Shown one piece after another: positions 48,733-57,742 of a stretch of 64,000 nt of DNA. The notes beneath the pieces are model-generated. The model searched no databases. It saw nothing but the letters and a program-made list of their open reading frames with translations, and was not told where the DNA came from. The stretch is from an uncultured Chloroflexia bacterium (GTDB taxonomy: Bacteria > Chloroflexota > Dehalococcoidia > GIF9 > UBA5629). Where the stretch lies: positions 359,762 through 423,761 of the forward strand of contig OY970123.1 in the NCBI GenBank assembly GCA_963705905.1, given 5' to 3'. Within the stretch, counting starts at the first letter, position 1; each line of letters starts with the position of its first letter. The translations under genes were made by a program, and so were the position numbers.

Positions 48733-50646
48733 ATGCCGGATAAATCTGAATACGTAAAACTGTTTGAGCCCGGATCGATCGGAAAACTGAAAATCAAGAA
48801 CCGCATCGTCATGCCGCCCATGGCAACGAACTACGCTGCCGCCGACGGAACAGTAACCGATTTGATGATTGCACACTATGAGCAGCGGGCCGCGGGTGGG
48901 GTGGGCTTGATCATCACCGAGGGGACCTGCCCCGATTTCCCCGTGGGCAAAGGTTGGCCCAGTGAAGCAGGCATCGACGATGACAAATATATCCCCGGTT
49001 TCAAACGCCTGGTAGACGCCGTTCACAGGCACGGGGCCAAAATAGCTATGCAGATCCACCACGGCGGCAGGGAGGCCAGGAAGGAGTTCACCGGCAAACA
49101 GCCTGTTGCCCCGTCACCCATCCCGGCGTCCGCAACCGCCGACGTTCCCAGGGAATTAACCGTGGCTGAGATTAAGGACGTGGTCGACCGCTTTGCCATG
49201 GCAGCGGAGCGGGCCAGGAAGTGCGGCTTCGACGGCGTGGAGATCCACGGCGCTCACGGCTACCTTATACATCAGTTCTTATCTTTGCGGTCTAACAAAC
49301 GCACCGACAGCTATGGAGGAGATCTGGCCAACAGGGCCCGTTTCCTGCTGGAGGTTATCGCGGCGGTCAGGAGCAGGGTGGGCGCCGATTACCCCGTATG
49401 GTGCAGGATTAACGCCGAAGAGATGGGACCCGAAAGTATATCTGCGGAAGACCTCCCGGCCATTGCCAAAATGGCGGAAAAGGCGGGGTGCGATGCTGTG
49501 CATGTATCCGTCTATGGGCTGCGGACGATGACCGATGTGGCGGGAGAGTTGTTACCCTACGCCGAGTCGGTTAAAAAAGCGGTCGGCATCCCTGTCATTG
49601 CGGTCGGTTTTATGTCCCCAGAGGTCGGCAATAAGGCGCTGATGGAAGGCAAGGCAGACTTCATAGCAATGGGGCGCAGGTTGCTGTGCGATGCCGAAAT
49701 TCCTAAAAAATTATTGGAAGGCAGGCCGGAGGACATTGTGCCCTGCATCCAGTGCTTGCAATGCGAGTGGAAGATACATACTGCTGAAGGGACACAGTGC
49801 AGCGTCAATGCCACCCTGGGCAGTGAATACAAATACCCGCTTGCCAGGGCGTCGAAGGCCAGGAAGGTTATTGTTATAGGTGGAGGGCCGGCCGGCATGG
49901 AAGCGGCGCGCGTGGCCGCTCTTCGGGGACATGATGTAACGCTATACGATTCCGGACCGAAGCTCGGCGGACAATTGCTGCTGGCCGGTGTGCCTCCTGA
50001 TAAAGAGCAGATTAAGCTTTTAGTGGACTATCTCAGTACGCAGATGCGCAAGTTGAAGATCAAGGTGGAGCAAAAGGCCGCAACTGCGGAGTTGATTCAA
50101 AAGATGAAGCCAGATGCTGTTATAGTGGCAACCGGGGCTGCCTCACCCGTCATGCCGGATATCCCGGGCCTGGACAAGATCAAACCTTTATCTGCAGCGG
50201 AGGTACTATCGGGCCGCAGTCAAACAGGTAAACGCGTGGTCGTCATCGGCGGTGGCATGGTTGGGTGCGAGACCGCCGGGTTTTTGGCCGAACAGGGCAA
50301 AGAGGTGACCATTATCGAGGTCCTGCCTCAGATAATGGCGAACAAGCCGGCCTTGGTTCAAATCAAGACGCTGATCTCTATGACCGGGAAGGGGATTATC
50401 ATCAAGCCCGGCGCAACCTGTGAGAAAGCGTCCGCGGAAGGTGTGACGATATGCACTGCGGATGGCGCCAGCCAGACCATTCCCGCTGATACCGTGGTGA
50501 TTGCCACAGGCAGTAAGTCGGATAGACGCCTTTTCGATGCCCTTCAGGGTAAAGTGGGCACGACTATTCTTGTAGGCGACGCCGTTGAGCCGAGGTCCAT
50601 ATTCGAGGCTGTTGCCGAAGGCTTTAAAGCAGCTATGTCTTTGTAG
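48733..50646 (+). CDS. Old-yellow-enzyme / 2,4-dienoyl-CoA-reductase-like FMN + Fe-S + FAD/NAD(P) flavoprotein
   Basis: 637 aa. The N-terminal TIM-barrel has HGAHGYLIHQFLS. A Cys cluster lies around CIQCLQC. The C-terminal dinucleotide fold has VIVIGGGPAGMEAA and VVVIGGGMVGCE. Confidence 0.85.
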   Translation: MPDKSEYVKLFEPGSIGKLKIKNRIVMPPMATNYAAADGTVTDLMIAHYEQRAAGGVGLIITEGTCPDFPVGKGWPSEAGIDDDKYIPGFKRLVDAVHRHGAKIAMQIHHGGREARKEFTGKQPVAPSPIPASATADVPRELTVAEIKDVVDRFAMAAERARKCGFDGVEIHGAHGYLIHQFLSLRSNKRTDSYGGDLANRARFLLEVIAAVRSRVGADYPVWCRINAEEMGPESISAEDLPAIAKMAEKAGCDAVHVSVYGLRTMTDVAGELLPYAESVKKAVGIPVIAVGFMSPEVGNKALMEGKADFIAMGRRLLCDAEIPKKLLEGRPEDIVPCIQCLQCEWKIHTAEGTQCSVNATLGSEYKYPLARASKARKVIVIGGGPAGMEAARVAALRGHDVTLYDSGPKLGGQLLLAGVPPDKEQIKLLVDYLSTQMRKLKIKVEQKAATAELIQKMKPDAVIVATGAASPVMPDIPGLDKIKPLSAAEVLSGRSQTGKRVVVIGGGMVGCETAGFLAEQGKEVTIIEVLPQIMANKPALVQIKTLISMTGKGIIIKPGATCEKASAEGVTICTADGASQTIPADTVVIATGSKSDRRLFDALQGKVGTTILVGDAVEPRSIFEAVAEGFKAAMSL

Positions 50647-50664
50647 GGTTTTCTGTAGCGTACT

Positions 50665-50867
50665 CTGTAGGGGCGTACCTTTCCCGATAGAATCGGGACG
50701 CCCGCTCGTTTTCGGACGGGTCTGAAGACCCGTCCCTACATTTTTTACCCCGTCATTGCGAGGAGCACGCAGGCGACGTGGCAATCCTTCGATTCGGAGA
50801 CTGTAACCTTCGTACAAAAGATTGCCGCGCTCCGCTCGCAATGACCTGTTAACTAGCTCGCAATAAC
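50665..50867. repeat. Repeat cluster 2 (B element + 94-nt composite A element)
   Basis: B at 50665-50740. Composite at 50752-50845, made of A1 forward (50752-50787) and A2 reverse (50807-50845). A degenerate CTCGCAATAAC lies at 50857-50867. Confidence 0.9.
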
Positions 50868-50971
50868 CTGCTAGCCCTTGACAAACTCAGGCAAAAATAA
50901 TTATATTGTATGCAAATATTCTGTATCGCAACTATTCATATCATGAGGTACGAATCAGGAGTTCTAAGGCT

Positions 50972-52153
50972 ATGGAAGATTGTTTAAACCTATCAGAAAA
51001 AGACCGGGTAATTTACGAGAACTTTATCTCTTGGCTTGAACAAAGCTGGTATGGCGTACCTGCATCAGAGGTCTTGCTGCCGTACGTGGCAGCGCGCTAT
51101 ACAGCTGAAGAGGCATCCTTCCTAACCGGCATGCCGTTTACGCCTAAGGCGCTGGCCGAGCTTTCCGAATTGACCAAAACCAACATTGAAGTACTTCGCC
51201 CGAAACTGGACGCTCTAGCCTCTAAGGGACTCGTGCATAAACAGGTCAAAGATGGCAACTTGCGCTATTGCCTGAACGATATCTTGTTCATCTACCGCAC
51301 GTTCGGTTGGCCCGGCCGCGGCGACGAGTATGACAGAACAGTGGGGCCGCTTCAGCACAAGTATATCCTCGGCGGCCTGATGTCACCTTTTCAGAACGTT
51401 AAGGAAAAAGCTTTGCGGGTGTTGCCTATAGAGGCCAACATCGAAGACAGCCGCGGCGTTCTGCCCTACGAGGAAGTCCGTAAGATACTGGATAAAGTCG
51501 AATACTTCACGGTTAGCCACTGTCCCTGCCGTCACGCGAATAACCTGGATCCTGACTTACCGGACTGCCGGTATCCCACCGAGGTCTGCCTGCATTTCGA
51601 CAAGCTGGGACATTATATCGTCGAAAACGGCATGGGACGCGAGATAACACGCCAGGAGGCGGAGGAAATACTCAAACGTTCTGCTGAATTGGGTCTCATC
51701 CATGGCATCTCCAACCAGCAGGAGAAGCCGGATACGATATGCAACTGCTGCAGGGATTGCTGCATCTGGTTCACGGCCATGAAAAGATACGGGCATAGCG
51801 GCAGCCTGACTCCCTCCAATTTCCGGATTCATATTAATGATGAGACCTGTACCGGATGCGGACTCTGCGTAAAGCGCTGCCCCATGGAGGCGCTACGGTT
51901 AGAAGACACTCCTTCAGCCAGGGGCAGGAAGACGGTGATCGCTGATGAGCAGGGAAAAGAAAGAAATTTGGTGAACAAAACCGGCAAAGTGTCCAGGGCT
52001 ACTATCGAACATTGTATCGGCTGCGGAGTGTGCGCATATAAATGTCCGTCCAAATCGCTCACTCTGATACGCAACGAGACCGATCACCATCCGCCACAGA
52101 CCGGCCGTGATTGGGCCATCCAATTTATCTCGCAGAAGAATGAGAGCACATAG
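50972..52153 (+). CDS. Fe-S protein: N-terminal wHTH-like region, CPCRH/CNCCRDCC Cys motifs and a 2x[4Fe-4S] ferredoxin domain
   Basis: I prefer ATG 50972 (MEDCLNLSEKD, AGGAG upstream) over the track's TTG at 50906. C-terminal CTGCGLCVKRCP and CIGCGVCAYKCP motifs. Confidence 0.75.
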   Translation: MEDCLNLSEKDRVIYENFISWLEQSWYGVPASEVLLPYVAARYTAEEASFLTGMPFTPKALAELSELTKTNIEVLRPKLDALASKGLVHKQVKDGNLRYCLNDILFIYRTFGWPGRGDEYDRTVGPLQHKYILGGLMSPFQNVKEKALRVLPIEANIEDSRGVLPYEEVRKILDKVEYFTVSHCPCRHANNLDPDLPDCRYPTEVCLHFDKLGHYIVENGMGREITRQEAEEILKRSAELGLIHGISNQQEKPDTICNCCRDCCIWFTAMKRYGHSGSLTPSNFRIHINDETCTGCGLCVKRCPMEALRLEDTPSARGRKTVIADEQGKERNLVNKTGKVSRATIEHCIGCGVCAYKCPSKSLTLIRNETDHHPPQTGRDWAIQFISQKNEST

Positions 52154-52174
52154 TGCTCCCAACTTACAAACCGT

Positions 52175-52448
52175 GTCATTGCGAGGCAAAGATTTAGGGG
52201 CGTACCTTTCCCGATAGAATCGGGACGCCCGCTCGTTTTCGGACGGGTCTGAAGACCCGTCCCTACATTATTTAATACGTCATCGTGAGCAGCCCATCCC
52301 TAAACCCCGTCATTGCGAGGAGCCCGTAGGGCGACGTGGCAATCCCCCTAAACACGTCATTGCGAGGAGCCCGCAGGCGACGTGGCAATCCTTTGATTCG
52401 AAGATTGCAACCTCCGTACAAAAGATTGCACGCTTTGCTCGCAATGAC
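52175..52448. repeat. Repeat cluster 3 (families A and B)
   Basis: A half-site at 52175-52186. B at 52195-52267. Degenerate A at 52279-52294. A forward at 52309-52345. Composite at 52356-52448 (A1 forward plus A2 reverse from 52411). Confidence 0.9.
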
Positions 52449-52548
52449 CTCTAAACTCACCCGGGGGCATTGACGAGAGATAATTACCCCCGTGCTAACG
52501 AAACGGTACATGTCTTTACAGAAAATTGCGTCCGGGCAGGGGGCGTCT

Positions 52549-52616
52549 AAGAGGGGCTTTAGCCCCTCTTCTAAATAAATCACCCCTCTCCAACGGAGAG
52601 GGGTTAGGGGAGAGGG
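52549..52616. repeat. Families C and D hairpins, copy 1
   Basis: C is AAGAGGGGCTTTAGCCCCTCTT at 52549-52570. D is CACCCCTCTCCAACGGAGAGGGGTTAGGGGAGAGGG at 52581-52616. Confidence 0.85.
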
Positions 52617-52704
52617 ATAAATCCTTAGTATTTAGCATTTTGACATATGTGTAGCAACGGAATAGTATCATGATCAAGATTAATAGTTAAAGTAGGAGAA
52701 TCTA

Positions 52705-53031
52705 ATGGAAGATTATTTTTATGGCAAAAAGGCAATTGAAAAAGCAGCCAAAATGTTTGCTCTTAAACCCGAACTCATGAAGGCCTTCCTGGATTTTGAC
52801 GGCAAGGTTTTTGCCGAAGGCAGCCTCAATGTAAAGACAAAGGAGCTTATTGCGGTAGCATGCGCACATATAACGCAGTGCCCTTACTGCATCGAAGGGC
52901 ACGCCAAGCGTGCCAAGAAAGCGGGGGCAACGCCCGAAGAAATCGCTGAGGCCATATTTGTTGCCGTCGCCATGCGCGCAGGTGGCTCCATGGCGCATAG
53001 CTGTATTGCTATGGGAGCCCTTGAAGAGTAG
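52705..53031 (+). CDS. Carboxymuconolactone decarboxylase / AhpD-like family protein
   Basis: 108 aa with the CPYCIEGH (CxxC) motif characteristic of AhpD-core proteins. Confidence 0.8.
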   Translation: MEDYFYGKKAIEKAAKMFALKPELMKAFLDFDGKVFAEGSLNVKTKELIAVACAHITQCPYCIEGHAKRAKKAGATPEEIAEAIFVAVAMRAGGSMAHSCIAMGALEE

Positions 53032-53037
53032 GACCGC

Positions 53038-53331
53038 CCCGATTTCATCGGGCCCTCCAGGCCACAAAAACCTGTTATTGCGAGGAGCCGCAGGCGACGT
53101 GGCAATCCTTTGTTCGAAGGCTTGAAGCCTATAGCCCGGGCAAATAACCACGTCATTGCGAGGAGCCCGCAGGCGACGTGGCAATCCTTCGATTCGAAGA
53201 ATGCAACCTTCGTACAAAAGATTGCCACGCTTCGCTCGCAATGACCTGTTAACTCATCGCTTAATGCTAAGTTAGTGAACACGTCATTGCGAGGAGCCGG
53301 CAGGCGACGTGGCAATCCTTTGATTCGAAGG
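53038..53331. repeat. Repeat cluster 4 (family A x4 plus a free CCCGAT hairpin)
   Basis: CCCGAT-TTC-ATCGGG at 53038-53052. A forward at 53074-53108 (tail to 53120). Composite at 53152-53245 (A2 reverse from 53207). A forward at 53283-53318 (tail to 53331). Confidence 0.9.
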
Positions 53332-53357
53332 CACCTATTTGACACTCCATAGCACGA

Positions 53358-54203
53358 ATGCTATATTCGTCATCTGTGAAACGCATAGGCATTTTATACC
53401 ACCCCAAAATAGGTAAATCCGAGCAATTTGCCGCTGATGTCGAGCAGTTTTTGAAGCGCAAAGGTGTCGGATGCTGGGTGCATTCCTCCTGGGACGAAGT
53501 TGGAGCCCAAAAACATCTTGATACTATCACCGACCTGGCTGTCAGCGTGGGCGGCGACGGCACCATACTGCGCGTAGCCAGGATCATCTTCCCGCTCGAG
53601 ATACCAATCGTGGGCATAAATTTTGGCAACCTGGGCTTCATGACCGAGCTGAGTGCCGAAGATGCCCTTGATAAGCTTCTGGCGATCATCGAGGGTGCTG
53701 GCTGGACCGAGGAAAGGGTCATGCTCCAGGCTGTGCTCAAACGTACGGGCAATAAATACCACGCGCTGAACGATGTGGTCGTGGGCCGGGGCAAGTTCCT
53801 CAGGCTGGTCAACATACAGGTTAATATCAACGGTGAACCCTTCACGACCTACCGGGCGGACGCTGTCATCGTGGCGACCTCTACCGGCAGCACGGGTTAT
53901 TCGCTGGCTGCCAACGGCCCGATACTTCATCCAGAGTCGCGTGACCTCATTCTCAAGGCCGTTTGCCCCCATTTAAGCATGGACAAGGCAGTTATCCTGG
54001 CACCGGAAACAAAGGTCAGGCTGAAGGTCTTCACCAATCATGGGGCGGTCGTCAGCATGGACGGCCAAGTGGAGGAGCCGCTTAATACCGAGGATGAAAT
54101 CGAAGTATCGCTCAGCCCCAACGTGACCAAATTCATCCGCTTGAGGCCCAAGGGCGAATTTTACTCGACGCTGATATCCAAACTAAAAGGGAAGTCGTTA
54201 TAA
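53358..54203 (+). CDS. nadK: NAD+ kinase
   Basis: 281 aa with the GGDGTILR motif and the NAD-kinase C-terminal beta domain. Confidence 0.9.
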   Translation: MLYSSSVKRIGILYHPKIGKSEQFAADVEQFLKRKGVGCWVHSSWDEVGAQKHLDTITDLAVSVGGDGTILRVARIIFPLEIPIVGINFGNLGFMTELSAEDALDKLLAIIEGAGWTEERVMLQAVLKRTGNKYHALNDVVVGRGKFLRLVNIQVNINGEPFTTYRADAVIVATSTGSTGYSLAANGPILHPESRDLILKAVCPHLSMDKAVILAPETKVRLKVFTNHGAVVSMDGQVEEPLNTEDEIEVSLSPNVTKFIRLRPKGEFYSTLISKLKGKSL

Positions 54204-54232
54204 AAGGAAGGCGTTGAAGAGGGAGGTAACAC

Positions 54233-54528
54233 GTCATTGCGAGGCGACCCACTCACTAAACCCGTCATTGCGAGGCGCCTGGAGGCGCCGTGGCAATCCT
54301 TCACTACGAAGGCACAGAGTATCTGGCTAGAAAAGGAAGGCGTTAAAGAGGGGCTTTAGCCCCTCTTATATAAAAACTCCCCTCTCCCTTGAGGGAGAGG
54401 GCCAGGGTGAGGGTATTGAACAAAGAAGCAATCCTTCACTACGAAGGAGGCAACCCGTCATTAGGTCTCACTAAACCCGTCATTGCGAGGAGCCCCGCAG
54501 GGCGCCGTGGCAATCCTTCACTACGAAG
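54233..54528. repeat. Repeat cluster 5 (families A, C and D)
   Basis: A half at 54233-54244. A forward at 54264-54299 (tail to 54312). C at 54346-54367. D at 54377-54413. A 3' half at 54428-54447. A degenerate A from 54457. A forward at 54479-54516 (tail to 54528). Confidence 0.9.
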
Positions 54529-54546
54529 ACGCGAGGGACATAAAAA

Positions 54547-55014
54547 ATGAAAGTAGAAAAAGCCACCATAGACGACGTCAAGCAGATGCACGAGCTTGTG
54601 AACAAGTTCGCAGGCAAGGGCGAGATGCTGCCGCGTGCCTTGAGCGAGATATATGAAAACCTGAGGGACTACCTGGTGATACGCAACAAGGCCGGGAAGG
54701 TGGCCGCCTGCGTGGCGCTGCATATAAGCTGGGCCGACCTGGCCGAGGTCAAGGCGCTGGCGGTGGTCCAGGCGCAGCAGAAGAAGGGTGTGGGGGCGGC
54801 GTTGATCAGGGCCTGCGTGGAGGAATCGAAGGCGCTGGGCATACCGCGCATATTCTGCCTGACCTACAAGCCCGCATTTTTCAAGAAGCAGGGCTTCAAG
54901 GAAGTGGAGAAGATGGAGCTGCCGCGCAAGATCTGGGCGGAGTGCTATAGCTGTCCCAAGTTCCCCGACTGCGACGAAGTAGCGCTGGTCTACGACGTAA
55001 CGGCGGCCGACTAA
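54547..55014 (+). CDS. GNAT-family N-acetyltransferase
   Basis: 155 aa with the acetyl-CoA loop QAQQKKGVGAALI. Confidence 0.8.
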   Translation: MKVEKATIDDVKQMHELVNKFAGKGEMLPRALSEIYENLRDYLVIRNKAGKVAACVALHISWADLAEVKALAVVQAQQKKGVGAALIRACVEESKALGIPRIFCLTYKPAFFKKQGFKEVEKMELPRKIWAECYSCPKFPDCDEVALVYDVTAAD

Positions 55015-55556
55015 TGGAAGATAAGCTCATATCCAGCAAGACGGTCTTCGAAGGGTATGCGGTGCGCCTGCGCGTCGATACCATTCAGAAACCATCCGGA
55101 GAAGTAACCACCCGTGAGATCGTCTGGCATGCAGACTGCATCGCCGCGGTGGTGCTGGACGATAAGGGCAACGTGATACTGGAAAAGCAATACAGGAGGC
55201 CTGCGGGCAAGGTCCTGCTGGAGATACCGGCCGGCGGCATAGATGAGGGCGAGACGCCCGAGGAGGCCGTCAAGAGGGAACTGCAGGAGGAGATCGGCTA
55301 CCTGCCCGGCAAGGTGACCAGGCTGGGCGGTTTCTACGCCGCTCCCGGCTACTGCACCGAGTACATGCACATCTTCCTGGCGACGGATTTAACGCCGTCG
55401 CAGTTAACCGCCGAAGACACTGATGAGATCGAGATCGTGCGGGTGCCTGTTTCCGAGGTCAAAGGCCTGATCGACAGCGGCCAGATATGCGATGCCAAGA
55501 GCGTGGCGGGATTGTTGATTGTGCTGTTTAGTAAGTTTATTCCTTCAATCGGCTGA
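55014..55556 (+). CDS. NUDIX hydrolase (ADP-ribose pyrophosphatase-like)
   Basis: 180 aa with the Nudix box GGIDEGETPEEAVKRELQEEIGY. The start overlaps the GNAT stop (TAATG). Confidence 0.85.
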   Translation: MEDKLISSKTVFEGYAVRLRVDTIQKPSGEVTTREIVWHADCIAAVVLDDKGNVILEKQYRRPAGKVLLEIPAGGIDEGETPEEAVKRELQEEIGYLPGKVTRLGGFYAAPGYCTEYMHIFLATDLTPSQLTAEDTDEIEIVRVPVSEVKGLIDSGQICDAKSVAGLLIVLFSKFIPSIG

Positions 55557-55615
55557 TTGTAACAGAGTGGTTAATTTTTGCATAATTTCTGGAGGTAATC
55601 TATCTTTTTCTCTAA

Positions 55616-56335
55616 TTAAATGATGAATAAACGTTGGATTCTATCTGCCACGGAACTAGATGTATCTAATATCTTTCCTTTGCGGTCTGTGCGAATCTTA
55701 AATTCCCTCTCGGGTTTTCTCTTTGTCGTTACGTCCTTCTCATCCTTCATTTTTGCAAAAAGTAATTTACTCATTTCATCAAAAGATTCAGCTGGATCTC
55801 TGCCCTCTTCATTTCTGATAATATCATGGCATTGCTGAATTACTCTTGCTAAGCTATTTAGATCTTCAAATTTGATAAGCGATTTCCCTTCTTTCTGGAA
55901 TTTACCATGCATTAGGGAATCAGACGCAATTTGAGTGGATTCACCCTGCCTATCACCGGTTTTGAACCAGAGCCAACCTGTTGATGACCCGTCAGTAACT
56001 ATGAAATAAGGAGATCCCAATCTTTGTGCATAGCTTTCAGCCTGTAACCAATCTTCGCTAGTGATCGCTCCTGCAGCTTTACATTCGACAACAATATGAG
56101 GAATCTTTCTATGTCCTTCGATTACAGAAACAACAATATCTGAGTACGTTGTCATCCTTCCGAATTTTACCGGCACTTCAAAATCCATAAGTTTATAACC
56201 TAATACATCTCTGAGGTATGGAATAATTTTTTCTTGCTTGACTTTTTCCTCCGGCCCAATCTTCTCCCGCATTTTCCTGCCTATGACTTCTTCGTTTTCT
56301 CCATTGTTTATATGTAGATCTGCTTTACCCTTCAT
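55616..56335 (-). pseudogene. Remnant of a restriction-modification gene: HsdR_N-type PD-(D/E)xK domain plus the first part of an N6-methylase N-terminal domain, no catalytic MTase domain
   Basis: 239 aa. SDIVVSV...HIVVECKAAG...YFIVTDG matches the type I R-subunit N-terminal nuclease-like domain. LARVIQQCHDIIRNEEGRDPAESFDEMSKLLFAKM resembles an HsdM N-terminus, and the ORF then ends. The locus is visibly AT-richer than its flanks. Confidence 0.55.
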
Positions 56336-56493
56336 GATAGCCCCTCCGAAAAAATCATATATTTTGGCACTGATTATAGTTCAATATTAAAATTAGCAAC
56401 AACTTGGTAGATTAATAACCTGCGTTCAAGGCAGACTTCTTGAGAAATTGTGCGGTTAAATATTCAGGCACAACCGTGATTGGATAGGGAGTA

Positions 56494-56641
56494 GATTGCC
56501 ACGTCCGTCTGTGGGCTGATCTCTAATGACTGGTGGTTCCTTCGTGCAAAGGATTGCCATCCCGATTTCTTCGGGACCTTCGGCGCTACGCTCGCAATGA
56601 CGGGGTATATAGACGGGCGCACCTAAAGGTACGCCCCTACA
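56494..56641. repeat. Repeat cluster 6
   Basis: Degenerate A reverse at 56494-56530. A reverse with a long insert at 56539-56601 (contains CCCGATTTCTTCGGG). Short B' hairpin reverse at 56615-56641, ending 3 nt from the stop of the icd-like gene. Confidence 0.85.
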
Positions 56642-56644
56642 GAG

Positions 56645-57724
56645 TTACTTCATCGCCTTGATCACGGCGTCGCCCACCTGTGAGGTAGTGGCGCTGGGCG
56701 CGTTGCGGTCAGGGCGCAGGTCGTAAGTCACATGCTTGCCTTCGGCGATGACGGCGGCGATGGCGTTCTCCATCTTGTCGGCCGCCTTCTCTTCATTCAA
56801 ATAGCGCAGCATCAGAACGGCGGAGAGCATCTCAGCCATGGGGCTGACCTTGTTCATGCCGGTATACTTGGGGGCGCTGCCGTGCGTAGGCTCGAAGAGG
56901 GCCACGCCGTCGCCGATGTTGGCGCCGGGCGCCAGGCCCAGGCCGCCTACAATCCCGGCGCAGAGGTCGGAGATGATGTCGCCGTAAAGGTTGGGCAGCA
57001 CCAGCACGTCGAAGATGCGGGGGTCGCGCACCAGACGCATGCAGAGCGCATCCACCAGCACCTCGTCGTACTCGATCTCGGGGTAATCCTTAGCCACTTC
57101 ACGAGCCACGGAGAGGAAGAGCCCGTCGGTAAACTTCATGATGTTGGCCTTGGAAACCGCCGTGACCTTCTTGCGCTTATATTTGCGGGCATAGTCGAAG
57201 GCGTATTTGACGATGCGGCGGGTGCCAAATTCGGAGATGGTCTTGATGCTGTAGCCGGCATCCTTGCGCAGTGGGTCCTTGAAGCTCTTCTTGATCAAAT
57301 CATATAGCTGGACGGCCTCGGGGCTGTCTTTGGCGAACTCGATGCCGATATAGAGGTCCTCGGTGTTCTCCCTGACGATGACCAGGTCGACATCACGGTA
57401 GGGAGTGGTGATAACGCCTTTGTAGCTCTTGCAGGGCCTGAGGCAGGCGTAGAGGTCGAGCTTCTTGCGCAGGGCCACGTTGACGCTGCGGAAGCCGGTG
57501 CCGATGGGTGTGGTGACGGGACCCTTCAAGGCGACTTTGTTCTTGCGGATGGACTCGATGGTCTCTTCGGGCAGGGGAGTGCCGTATTTGGCGATGGCGG
57601 CTTCGCCCACGGTGAAAACATCCCAGTCGAACTTAACACCGGTGCTCTCCAGAACGCGCACGGTGGCCTCGGTGATCTCGGGACCGATGCCGTCGCCGGG
57701 GAGGAGGGTAATCCTGTATGACAT
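56645..57724 (-). CDS. Isocitrate / homoisocitrate / isopropylmalate dehydrogenase family enzyme (NAD-IDH-like)
   Basis: 359 aa. ITLLPGDGIGPEI and GFRSVNVALRKKLDLYACLRP look closer to IDH3/homoisocitrate-type than to classical LeuB. The substrate cannot be assigned by eye. Confidence 0.8.
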   Translation of the reverse strand: MSYRITLLPGDGIGPEITEATVRVLESTGVKFDWDVFTVGEAAIAKYGTPLPEETIESIRKNKVALKGPVTTPIGTGFRSVNVALRKKLDLYACLRPCKSYKGVITTPYRDVDLVIVRENTEDLYIGIEFAKDSPEAVQLYDLIKKSFKDPLRKDAGYSIKTISEFGTRRIVKYAFDYARKYKRKKVTAVSKANIMKFTDGLFLSVAREVAKDYPEIEYDEVLVDALCMRLVRDPRIFDVLVLPNLYGDIISDLCAGIVGGLGLAPGANIGDGVALFEPTHGSAPKYTGMNKVSPMAEMLSAVLMLRYLNEEKAADKMENAIAAVIAEGKHVTYDLRPDRNAPSATTSQVGDAVIKAMK

Positions 57725-57742
57725 GTTAGTTTTCCTCGCTGC

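Noticed and set aside
50206-50841. Track ORFs crossing repeat clusters as real genes: 50206..50841 (-), 52272..52583 (-), 52702..53241 (-), 52884..53345 (-), 57808..58005 (+), 57972..58568 (+), 60252..60584 (-), 60359..60682 (-), 60559..60888 (-), 63561..63803 (-), 63637..63852 (+).
   Set aside because: Their translations are dominated by repeat-derived strings (..GLPRRLRAPRNDV.., ..PAGLLAMT.., ..GDVAILCTK..). They overlap well-supported genes on the other strand or lie entirely in repeats, and they lack SD sequences.
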